From assembly GCA_963663475.2 (NCBI GenBank), contig CAXXJV010000001.1, forward strand, positions 1,152,001 through 1,216,000: 64,000 nt of DNA, written 5' to 3'. Shown in pieces: positions 1-8,552 of this stretch (position 1 is the first letter of the stretch; every line of letters starts with the position of its first letter). The translations under genes were made by a program, and so were the position numbers. This DNA comes from Candidatus Cloacimonadales bacterium. GTDB lineage: Bacteria > Cloacimonadota > Cloacimonadia > Cloacimonadales > JAFGVF01. The notes under the pieces are model-generated. The model was not told where the DNA came from. It saw only the letters and a list, made by a program, of their open reading frames with translations, and searched no databases.

Positions 1-675
1 GCCTTTTTTGGTCAATTTTTAGCTAGTGATGATATTACTAGGACAATTGAGGGCGCTAATGGTGGTTATATTGAATCAGGTACTTTTAGTAATTCTGACT
101 TAATTGCAGGAGCTACTTACTCATATTATTTCAATGAACAGTTAAATATTGGTATCACAAGCAAGTTTATCCAAGAAACAATTGATGATAAATCCGCTTC
201 AGCCTTAGCTTTTGATCTTGGTATATTGCATAGACCAGTAAATGAAAAAATCAGAGTTGGAGCTGTAATCCGTAATTTAGGAACACAGATGACTTATTTT
301 ACTGATTCTGAATATAGTGAAGGTCTTCCTCTAGTTTATGCTGGAGGTATATCATATAAAACAGATTTACAATCTCGCAATAATGAAGCAGAATTTATTC
401 CTACTATGTTAATTGCTTTAGATTTATCGATTGCTAAAGGTAGTGATTTAGTTGGTTCTATTGGAAGTGAATTTCAAGTACATGACCAGTTCTTTTTACG
501 AGCAGGTTATAAAACAAACTCTGGTGATTATAAAAATGGTGGAGATAGTGAAATATTCTCAGGTTTTTCCACTGGGGTAGGCTTTGTTAGAAACAAGTTG
601 AAGATTGATTATGCTCTGAACTCTTATGGAGATCTGGGCTTTATTAATCAAGTAACTTTAAAATATCAATTTTAG
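1..675 (+). CDS. PorV/PorQ (UPF0164)-like outer-membrane beta-barrel, 5'-truncated by window edge
   Basis: Frame of ORF 226..675 is open from base 1 (AFFGQFLASDDITRT...GITSKFIQETID...AFDLG...RNLG). It ends DYAL..YGDLG...LKYQF with a terminal Phe and resembles 17258..18280. Confidence 0.8.
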   Translation, partial: AFFGQFLASDDITRTIEGANGGYIESGTFSNSDLIAGATYSYYFNEQLNIGITSKFIQETIDDKSASALAFDLGILHRPVNEKIRVGAVIRNLGTQMTYFTDSEYSEGLPLVYAGGISYKTDLQSRNNEAEFIPTMLIALDLSIAKGSDLVGSIGSEFQVHDQFFLRAGYKTNSGDYKNGGDSEIFSGFSTGVGFVRNKLKIDYALNSYGDLGFINQVTLKYQF

Positions 676-712
676 ATAAATAGATTAAGTTTTAAAATTC
701 GGAGAAAAGTTA

Positions 713-2803
713 ATGCTAACCAAAGATTTCTTATTTGAATTAAGTGTAGAAGAGATACCAGCAGGCTATATTGCTAATATAGAAAAGAATATTATTGATA
801 GATTTAAGAGTGAATTAAAAGAGGCTAAACTAAATTATAGTAAGCTCTCTAGTTATACAACACCTAAACGTTTTGCTATTCTAATAAGAGATTTAGATCT
901 TATGCAGAAGGATGAAACTGTTGAGAAAATGGGACCAGCTACAAGAATTGCTTATAATGAAGACGGTTCTTTAAGCAAAGCTGGAGCAGGTTTTCTTAGA
1001 GGTGCTGGCTGTAGTCCTGAGGAATCGTATGTTAAAGAAACTGCTAAAGGCCAGTATATTGCCTGTAAAAAAGAGATAAAAGGACAGTCTGTTGCTGATA
1101 TTATTACAGGCTTCTTACCAGATTTATTAAAAAATATGCCATCACCTAAATCAATGAGGTGGGGTGAAAGCAAAATTCACTTTGCTAGACCAATTAGAAA
1201 TATTATCTTAATGCTAGATTCTGAAGTTATTCCTTTCACTTTCAATAATCTTAAGTCAAATAATATTGTAGTAGGTAATCGCTATATTGATATTGATATT
1301 TGTAAGAATATAGGTCATCCTCTAGACTACCTACAAGTCCTTGAATCAATTTCGGTAATTGCAGATAGACAAAAAAGAATATCTTTAATCAAAGACCAGT
1401 TAGCTGATCTCTATGCAGATAGTGATAAGGAGATAATTGAAGACAATAGGCTATTAGAACTAGTTGTGGATTTAGTTGAATATCCAACTGCAGTAATAGG
1501 TAATTTTGAAGATAAGTACTTGACTTTACCTGATAAGATTATCACTTCAACAATTAGTCAGAATCAGAAATATTTTTCAGTAGTTAATAGTGATGGAAGC
1601 CTGAGTAACGAATTTGTCTTTATTTCAAATGGCAATCCTCAGTATTCAGAGATTATTAGAAAAGGCAATGAAAAGGTAGTTAAGGCAAGGCTTGAAGATG
1701 CAGAGTTTTTCTTTCAAGAAGACACTAAGCATAAATTAGAATCTTATGTAGAAAAACTAAAAGATGTTACTTTCCAAGCTGATTTAGGCTCAACTTATGA
1801 GAAGGTGCAAAGATGTTTAGAAATTGCTAATTATTTAGTTGACCAGCTAAAACTTGCCAATAAAGAGGATATTTTACGAACAGTCCTCCTAACTAAAGCA
1901 GATTTAGTAACTTTAATGTTAGGTGAAAAAGAGTTTACTAAATTGCAAGGTTATATAGGTATGAAGTATGCACTTCTTTCTGGAGAGAAAGAAGAAGTTG
2001 CTTTAGGAATCTATGAGCATTATATGCCACGTGGTCAGAATGATGGATTACCAACTAGCGTGAATGGGGCAGTAGCTGCTATTGTAGATAAACTAGATAC
2101 AGTTTGTGGAATTATTGGTGTTGATTTGATTCCAACAGGCTCAAATGATCCATTTGCACTCAGAAGAGCTGCTAATGGAATAGTTAAGATTTTAGATGAT
2201 AGAGATTGGAAAATAGATATTTTTGCTCTAATAGATTTTGCTTTTACTCAGCTAGAAAGCAAGTTAAAAGAAAAAGGACATAATAAAGACTTTGTTTATA
2301 GTTTCTTCCAGCAAAGAATTAAATGGTTGTTAGAAGAAGAAAAGATAGCTTATGATGTTATTGATAGTGTTATTGACTATGATTTTACAGATATTGCTGA
2401 AATAAAAAAACGAGCTTTGGCTATTCAAAACTTCAAAGGATCTGCTGATTTTGAAGGCTTAGTCTTGGGATATAAAAGAGTTTCTAATATCCTAACTAAA
2501 GAAAAAATTATATCAGATCTTAATCCAGCTCTCTTTGATGACCAGAATGAAAAAGACCTCTATGCTTATTTTGCAAGCAATGAAGCTGATATTTCAGATA
2601 ATTTGGCTAATCAAAACTATACACAAGCTATGCAAATCTTAGTTTCAGCTCGTTCTCTTATAGATAATTTCTTTGATAATGTCATGGTGAATGTAGAGGA
2701 TCATGTCATTAAGCAAAATCGCTTAAATCTCCTATCCTTTATCAGAAATGTATTTATCAAGATAGCTGATTTAGATAAGATCGTGGTGGAAACAAAAAAG
2801 TAA
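713..2803 (+). CDS. glyS: glycine--tRNA ligase beta subunit
   Basis: FLFELSVEEIP start, TPKR, KSMRWG..FARPIR, EFTKLQG, PTGSNDPFALRR, NRLNLL. Confidence 0.97.
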   Translation: MLTKDFLFELSVEEIPAGYIANIEKNIIDRFKSELKEAKLNYSKLSSYTTPKRFAILIRDLDLMQKDETVEKMGPATRIAYNEDGSLSKAGAGFLRGAGCSPEESYVKETAKGQYIACKKEIKGQSVADIITGFLPDLLKNMPSPKSMRWGESKIHFARPIRNIILMLDSEVIPFTFNNLKSNNIVVGNRYIDIDICKNIGHPLDYLQVLESISVIADRQKRISLIKDQLADLYADSDKEIIEDNRLLELVVDLVEYPTAVIGNFEDKYLTLPDKIITSTISQNQKYFSVVNSDGSLSNEFVFISNGNPQYSEIIRKGNEKVVKARLEDAEFFFQEDTKHKLESYVEKLKDVTFQADLGSTYEKVQRCLEIANYLVDQLKLANKEDILRTVLLTKADLVTLMLGEKEFTKLQGYIGMKYALLSGEKEEVALGIYEHYMPRGQNDGLPTSVNGAVAAIVDKLDTVCGIIGVDLIPTGSNDPFALRRAANGIVKILDDRDWKIDIFALIDFAFTQLESKLKEKGHNKDFVYSFFQQRIKWLLEEEKIAYDVIDSVIDYDFTDIAEIKKRALAIQNFKGSADFEGLVLGYKRVSNILTKEKIISDLNPALFDDQNEKDLYAYFASNEADISDNLANQNYTQAMQILVSARSLIDNFFDNVMVNVEDHVIKQNRLNLLSFIRNVFIKIADLDKIVVETKK

Positions 2804-2810
2804 AATCCCA

Positions 2811-2919
2811 GGGACTGGCAACATCCTTTTCGCCAGGTGGAAGCAAGGATGCTTCCTCTCCATATTTGGCGGGGTGGTCTCTTTAAATAAGCCTATGCAA
2901 TACGCACCTACTTAGGCTT
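2811..2919 (+). other. GC-rich structured intergenic element (candidate cis-regulatory RNA or ncRNA)
   Basis: Nested stems 2811-2816/2876-2881, 2831-2837/2865-2871 and 2839-2845/2850-2856, plus a second hairpin aagccta/taggctt (2889-2919). G-U pairs favour the + strand. Confidence 0.4.
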
Positions 2920-2964
2920 ACAGAAAGATAATTAGAAAATAAAAAAAATAAATAGGAGTTTGGA

Positions 2965-3954
2965 ATGGATATTATTAACCAATTCAAATTAAAAGCTCAA
3001 AAGGTAAATGGTTCTATTGTTTTACCTGAAGCTATGGATGAAAGAACCCTTGAAGCAACAGAAACAATTCTCAAAGAGAAGATGGCAAAAGTTGTTCTTA
3101 TCGGTAAACAAGCTGATGTCGAAGCACGTGCTAAAGAAACAGGTTTTGATATAAGTGGTGCAACAATATGGAACCCAGATGATTGCCCTAATATTGATGA
3201 ATACACTGACTTTTTCTATGAAAAGAGAAAGAAAAAAGGGATTAGTCGTGAAGATGCTGCTAAAACAGTTAGAAATCCTCTTTTCTTTGGTGCTCTACTA
3301 GTTAAATTTGGCAAAGTAAATGGAATGGTTGCTGGTGCTGTTAATACAACTGGCGATGTTCTTAAAGCTGCTCTGCAAGTTGTAGGTGTTAAAGCTGGTC
3401 TGGCTACAGTATCATCAAGCTTTATTATGGTAACTCCAGATTTTCAAGGCCAAGATAGAGTATTCCTCTTTGGTGACTGTGCTGTAGTACCAAATCCAAC
3501 TGCTGAACAATTAGCTGATATCGCTATTTCAACAGCTGAAACTAGAGCTTCTCTTATTGGGGATGATCCCAAAGTGGCCTTGCTTTCTTTCTCTACTAAA
3601 GGCTCTGCAAAGCATGAACTTGTTGATAAGGTAACTTCTGCAGTAGAAATTATCAAAAGTAGAAATGTTAATTTTGACTTTGATGGAGAATTACAAGCTG
3701 ATGCTGCTATTATTTCAGCAATAGGTGAGAAAAAAGCTCCTGGAAGTCATGTTGCAGGAAATGCTAATGTTCTAATTTTCCCAGACTTACAAGCAGGTAA
3801 TATCGGCTATAAATTAGTTCAAAGGTTTGCCAAAGCAGATGCAATTGGTCCTGTAATTCAAGGATTAGCTGCTCCAATTTGTGATTTATCTCGTGGTTGC
3901 TCTGCTGAAGATATAGTAAACACTACTGCTCTAGTACTCTTAATGTCAAAATAG
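2965..3954 (+). CDS. pta: phosphate acetyltransferase
   Basis: IVLPE, DCAVVPNP, LSFSTKGSA, DGELQADAA, GNIGYKLVQR, DLSRGC; RBS aggag. Confidence 0.97.
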   Translation: MDIINQFKLKAQKVNGSIVLPEAMDERTLEATETILKEKMAKVVLIGKQADVEARAKETGFDISGATIWNPDDCPNIDEYTDFFYEKRKKKGISREDAAKTVRNPLFFGALLVKFGKVNGMVAGAVNTTGDVLKAALQVVGVKAGLATVSSSFIMVTPDFQGQDRVFLFGDCAVVPNPTAEQLADIAISTAETRASLIGDDPKVALLSFSTKGSAKHELVDKVTSAVEIIKSRNVNFDFDGELQADAAIISAIGEKKAPGSHVAGNANVLIFPDLQAGNIGYKLVQRFAKADAIGPVIQGLAAPICDLSRGCSAEDIVNTTALVLLMSK

Positions 3955-3963
3955 GAGGAGATC

Positions 3964-5163
3964 ATGATAAAACTTTCCAACAAAGCAAGAGCAATTAAAC
4001 CTTCTCCAACTCTAGCTGTGATGTCAAAGGCTAAAGCCTACATAGCTAAAGGTATAGATGTGATAAACTTTGGTGTAGGTGAACCAGACTTCAACACACC
4101 TGAATATATTAAAGATGCTGGTATAAAAGCTATTCAAGAAAACTTTACTCGCTATACACCAACCCCTGGTATTCTTCCTCTAAGAGAAGCAATTGCTAAA
4201 AAGTTTAAAGTAGAAAATGGCTTAGACTATGATCCTAACCAAATCTTAGTCTCTCCAGGAGCAAAAGCATCAATAGTCTTTATTCTCATGGCTGTCTGTG
4301 ATGCTGGTGACCAAGTCATTATCCCTTCCCCTTATTGGGTAAGCTATCCTGACCAAGTGGATATTGCTGGGGGTAAAACTCTCCTTCTTGAAACTAAGGA
4401 AGAGGATAATTACAAAATCAATCCAGAAGACCTTAAAGTCTTAATTGCTGATAATCCAAACGTAAAAGCACTAATGCTAAATAACCCCAATAACCCAACT
4501 GGAGCAATTTATTCCCAAGCAGAACTCCTTCTTATTGGCCAAATTTGCCTTGAGAATAATATTTTGATTATTGCTGATGAAATATATGAAAAATTAGTCT
4601 ATGATAATGCTAAACATTATTCTATTGCAGCCCTTAAACCTGAGTTTAAAGATATTACTGTAATAATTAATGGTGTTTCTAAAGCTTATGCAATGACTGG
4701 TTGGAGACTGGGATATAGTGCAGGTCCTAAGTATATCATTGATGCTGCAAGTTCTTTGCAGGGACATATTACTTCAAATACAAACTCTCTTACTCAAAAA
4801 GCTGCTATTGCTGCTCTAGTGCAAGATGATGGATCTATTGAAAAAATGAGACAAGAATTTGAAGAGAGAAAGGCCTTTATGTATGCTGAACTTAACAAAA
4901 TTTCTAATGTTACTACTACAGCTCCACAGGGTGCCTTCTATATCATGGTTAATATTGATTATTACTTAAAACATAATACTCAAGGACTTAAAAATGATGT
5001 AGATTTATGTAGCTACTTACTAGAAGAAGCTAAAATTGCTATAGTACCTGGTTCTGCCTTTGGTAATGATAAATTAGTAAGATTCTCCTACGCTAATAGT
5101 ATGGATAACCTCCGTGAAGGTGTGAAGAGATTCGCTCAAGGATTAGAAAAATTGATAAAATAA
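3964..5163 (+). CDS. aspC: PLP-dependent class I aminotransferase (aspartate aminotransferase-like)
   Basis: GEPDF, PYWVSY, NNPNNPTG, DEIYE, SKAYAMTGWRLG (PLP lysine), PQGAFY. Confidence 0.85.
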   Translation: MIKLSNKARAIKPSPTLAVMSKAKAYIAKGIDVINFGVGEPDFNTPEYIKDAGIKAIQENFTRYTPTPGILPLREAIAKKFKVENGLDYDPNQILVSPGAKASIVFILMAVCDAGDQVIIPSPYWVSYPDQVDIAGGKTLLLETKEEDNYKINPEDLKVLIADNPNVKALMLNNPNNPTGAIYSQAELLLIGQICLENNILIIADEIYEKLVYDNAKHYSIAALKPEFKDITVIINGVSKAYAMTGWRLGYSAGPKYIIDAASSLQGHITSNTNSLTQKAAIAALVQDDGSIEKMRQEFEERKAFMYAELNKISNVTTTAPQGAFYIMVNIDYYLKHNTQGLKNDVDLCSYLLEEAKIAIVPGSAFGNDKLVRFSYANSMDNLREGVKRFAQGLEKLIK

Positions 5164-5170
5164 AATAAGA

Positions 5171-5206
5171 AGAATCGGGTTACTTAAGTAACCTGATTCT
5201 CTTTTT
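5171..5206 (+). terminator. intrinsic terminator after pta-aspC
   Basis: agaatcgggttac-ttaa-gtaacctgattct followed by cttttt. Confidence 0.85.
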
Positions 5207-5274
5207 ACCCAAATAATGCAGTAGATCTTTAAGAATATACAGTCTTCTCTAAAGGTCAACTACACCATGCGGTT
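5207..5274. mobile_element. MITE-like element copy 1 (short, degenerate right end)
   Basis: acccaaataatgcagtagatcttt ... aaaggtcaactacaccatgcggtt matches the family terminal inverted repeat. Confidence 0.7.
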
Positions 5275-5303
5275 TAACGAATATTTAAGTAAGGAAAATT
5301 AAT

Positions 5304-5504
5304 ATGGATCAACTGAAAGATAAGATTTTAGAAGCAAGAAAAGAAAGAAGAGAAAAGGCATCAAAAGGCTGGTCTCGACTATTCTATATGATTGTACTTC
5401 TTCTCTTAATTATCATTCTTCTCTACAAAACAAACACGAGTAAGTTTGATGTGTTCTGGAATGTTTTTCAAGGTGATCAAACTGAACAAATTCAGGAGAA
5501 ATAG
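5304..5504 (+). CDS. small single-TM hypothetical protein
   Basis: RBS aagga; basic N-terminus then one hydrophobic helix; stop abuts the start of the next gene. Confidence 0.75.
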   Translation: MDQLKDKILEARKERREKASKGWSRLFYMIVLLLLIIILLYKTNTSKFDVFWNVFQGDQTEQIQEK

Positions 5505-6401
5505 ATGAGTTTAGTAGTTATCGGGTCTATTGCCTTAGATACAATTAAAACTCCTGCAGGACAAGTTGAAGATGTGCTGGGTGGATCAGCAATTTATGCT
5601 TCTCTCGCAGGAAAATACTTCACAGATGTCTCAATTGTAGGTGTGATAGGGGAAGATTTCCCCCAAGATCACCTTGACTTATTAAACAAAAAAGAAATTA
5701 ATATTGAAGGACTAGTAAAAGTTCCAGGAAAAACTTTCCGCTGGAAAGGAGAGTATCTCAATCTAAATCAAGCTACAACTTTAGATACACAATTAAATGT
5801 TTTTGCAGAATTTAAGCCCATTCTTACCCAAGATTGTAAGAAAAATAATGTTACACTCTTAGGTAATATTCATCCTGCTCTGCAACTAGAAGTTCTAGAA
5901 CAAATCGAATGTTCTGATTTGATCGCTATGGATACTATGAATCTCTGGATTGATATGACCAAAACAGAACTAACAAAGGTAATTAAAAAAGTAGATTTAA
6001 TCTTTATTAATGAAGATGAAATAAAAATGTATGCAGAGAAAAGTAACGTTTTTGAAGCTATAGAACTTATTCTTGATTTAGGTGTTAAGTATGTAGTTGT
6101 TAAACGTGGCGAGTATGGAGCTATTGTGGCTAGCAGACAAGAACTGTTCTTTGTTCCTGTATATCCTGTTAGAAAAGTAGTTGATCCTACTGGAGCTGGC
6201 GATTCTTTTGCTGGTGGCTTTACAGGCTATTTAGCAAAAGTTAAAAAATATGATTTTGAAACTATCAAACAAGCCACTATCTATGGAACAATTACTGCCG
6301 CTAATAATATTCAGTCTTTTAGTGTAGAAAATTTACAGCAATTAACTAATACAGATATCGAAAAAATGAGTGCAGAACTCAAACAATGGATAAAAATTTA
6401 A
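5505..6401 (+). CDS. PfkB family carbohydrate/nucleoside kinase
   Basis: VIGSIALD, GGSAIY, NEDE, KRGEYGA, DPTGAGDSFAGG. Confidence 0.93.
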   Translation: MSLVVIGSIALDTIKTPAGQVEDVLGGSAIYASLAGKYFTDVSIVGVIGEDFPQDHLDLLNKKEINIEGLVKVPGKTFRWKGEYLNLNQATTLDTQLNVFAEFKPILTQDCKKNNVTLLGNIHPALQLEVLEQIECSDLIAMDTMNLWIDMTKTELTKVIKKVDLIFINEDEIKMYAEKSNVFEAIELILDLGVKYVVVKRGEYGAIVASRQELFFVPVYPVRKVVDPTGAGDSFAGGFTGYLAKVKKYDFETIKQATIYGTITAANNIQSFSVENLQQLTNTDIEKMSAELKQWIKI

Positions 6402-6425
6402 AATTATTATATAAAAGAGGATACT

Positions 6426-7442
6426 ATGGATTATAAAAGTGCTGGTGTCGATATTAAAGCTGGTGAAGATTCAGTAAACAGAATTAAACCTCTTGTAAAA
6501 GAAACCTTTAATAAGAATGTTCTATCTCAGATTGGTGGCTTTGGGGGTCTTTATCAAGTAGATCTTTCTACCTGGAAAGAACCTGTCTTAGTCTCATCTG
6601 CTGACGGAGTAGGAACTAAACTGGTCATTGCTAATATGGCAGGTGTTTATAATACAGTTGGACAAGATCTTGTTAATCATTGCGTGAATGATATCTTTGT
6701 CCAAGGTGCAATTCCGCAATACTTCTTAGACTACGTAGGAGTTGGTAAACTAAATCCCAAAGTTATGGAAGAAATTATTTGGGGTTTTGCTAAAGCTTGT
6801 AAAGAAAATGAAATGGCTCTTATTGGTGGAGAAATGGCTGAAATGCCAGGAATCTATGCTGAAGATGACTTTGATTTAGCTGGAACTATTGTGGGTATGG
6901 TGGAAAAAAAGAATATTATTACTGGAGATAAGATTCAAAAAGGCGACCTTATCCTAGGTCTACCTTCTACTGGCCTGCATACTAATGGTTACTCTCTAGC
7001 TAGAAAAATTCTCTTTGAAAAGATGAATTTAAAAGTTGATTCCCTCCTTCCACAAGTAAATGAAAGCCTTGCTGATGCTATGTTGAAAATTCATAAATCT
7101 TATCTACCTATCTTAAAAGAATGGGCTAAACCAGATTTGATTCATGGCATGGCTCATATAACAGGCGGGGGAATTCCTGGTAACCTATCAAGAGTTATTC
7201 CTGATAATATGACTGCTGAAATTAATTGCAAAGCTTGGGATATTCCTGCTATCTTCCAGCTCTTAGTTGAAAATGGAAATATTGCCCAAGACGAAAGTTA
7301 TCGTGCTTTCAATATGGGAATTGGAATGATAGTAGTTGTTGCCCCTGACCTTGCCCAGACTATTAAAGAAAAAACTTCTGCTATTGAAATTGGCTATATT
7401 AATGAGAGAGTTGCTGATCTTAAAGTTAGGATGAACTACTAA
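6426..7442 (+). CDS. purM: phosphoribosylformylglycinamidine cyclo-ligase
   Basis: YKSAGVDI, DGVGTK, GGEMAEMP, STGLHTNGYSL, HITGGG, FNMGIG. Confidence 0.97.
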   Translation: MDYKSAGVDIKAGEDSVNRIKPLVKETFNKNVLSQIGGFGGLYQVDLSTWKEPVLVSSADGVGTKLVIANMAGVYNTVGQDLVNHCVNDIFVQGAIPQYFLDYVGVGKLNPKVMEEIIWGFAKACKENEMALIGGEMAEMPGIYAEDDFDLAGTIVGMVEKKNIITGDKIQKGDLILGLPSTGLHTNGYSLARKILFEKMNLKVDSLLPQVNESLADAMLKIHKSYLPILKEWAKPDLIHGMAHITGGGIPGNLSRVIPDNMTAEINCKAWDIPAIFQLLVENGNIAQDESYRAFNMGIGMIVVVAPDLAQTIKEKTSAIEIGYINERVADLKVRMNY

Positions 7443-8263
7443 TGAAATGGAGAATACTTACCCAGGGCAAGCTAAGTCCAGCTGAAAATATGGCTATTGA
7501 TGATGCGATTTTCCAGCTTGTCCAAGAAGGTAAATCTACTCCCTTAATTAGATTCTACGACTGGAATCCACCAACCCTATCTCTAGGTTATCATCAAAAT
7601 GCTGAAAAAGAAGTTGATTTTACGAAACTTAAAGAAATTGCTTATGGCTTTGTTAGAAGACCAACTGGTGGAAGACTAGTTCTCCATAAAAATGAAGTTA
7701 CCTACTCAGTGATTGCTCCTAATGATGAACATCTGGCAGGCAATGTTCTTAAAAGCTATGGAGACATTAGCTTAGCCTTAGCTGAAGGTTTAAAACTTCT
7801 GGGTATTCAGGTTGAATTTGAACAAAAAGAACTATCTTCTTTTTCACAAAGAGAACCAGTAAACCCTTGTTTTAATTCTTCTTCTAAATATGAGCTAGCT
7901 GTCCAAGGTAAAAAGATTGTTGGCTCTGCTCAGGTGAGAAAGAATGGGGTCTTACTCCAACATGGATCTATCATTCTCGATGAAAATCAAAGGGAAATAG
8001 CTTATCTTATGCCTGGACTTTCCGATAAGATGCGGGAAAGACTAGCTAAGCTAATGGATAACAAAACTATCTCCATTAATCAAGTTCTGCAAAAAAAGAT
8101 TCCTTACTCCTTAGCTGTAAAAAAATTTTCTCAAGGATTCCAACAAGCATGGCAAAACGATATTTTTGAAGAAATCCAAGATTTAGAAGACTTTGAAAAA
8201 ATTAGAGTAGAAAAATTAATTAAAAAAAAATACTCGACAGATATGTGGAACTTGAGAAAATAG
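7442..8263 (+). CDS. lipoate--protein ligase A family (LipM-like)
   Basis: NMAIDD, RFYDW..PTLSLG, VRRPTGG..VLH, KKIVGSAQ, LQHGSI. Confidence 0.9.
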   Translation: MKWRILTQGKLSPAENMAIDDAIFQLVQEGKSTPLIRFYDWNPPTLSLGYHQNAEKEVDFTKLKEIAYGFVRRPTGGRLVLHKNEVTYSVIAPNDEHLAGNVLKSYGDISLALAEGLKLLGIQVEFEQKELSSFSQREPVNPCFNSSSKYELAVQGKKIVGSAQVRKNGVLLQHGSIILDENQREIAYLMPGLSDKMRERLAKLMDNKTISINQVLQKKIPYSLAVKKFSQGFQQAWQNDIFEEIQDLEDFEKIRVEKLIKKKYSTDMWNLRK

Positions 8264-8552
8264 TAACATGCTGAAAAATATAGAAATATAAATAATTAAG
8301 AAATAATGATATTTTAGTTAAAAAGGAAAGAAATCTATTGAAAGACAAATATTTATATATGCGAAAAGAAATAAGTGTAAAAAAGTTGCAATTACCTGTT
8401 TTTGATGTCAAAAATAAAAATAAATTGACACCATTCTTATTATATAATCTTTTTGTTAAAATAGTATGATAAACTAAAGTATTATGAAATTAGAGAAATA
8501 TTTGATTTTTTTAAAAATAATTTATTGTGATATTAAAAGGGAGGATAACTAA

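Noticed and set aside
713-2803. glyS without adjacent glyQ as a novelty
   Set aside because: Unlinked glyQ/glyS is common; glyQ is probably elsewhere in the genome
2811-2881. SRP RNA, ZTP riboswitch or glycine riboswitch
   Set aside because: Lacks the SRP CAGG-stem-GNRA-AGCA helix and the ZTP 3' CGCCUGGG hairpin. The minus strand has glycine-aptamer-like GGAGAG-hairpin-CACC...AAAAGGA but no P3 (GAAG/CUCUCAGG) and points antisense into glyS.
8220-8411. 63-aa minus-strand ORF
   Set aside because: Low-complexity translation of AT-rich promoter DNA, overlapping the lipoate ligase stop
8425-8448. TTGACA...TATAAT promoter for the TBDR operon
   Set aside because: Spacer is only 12 nt; a promoter is likely nearby but cannot be placed
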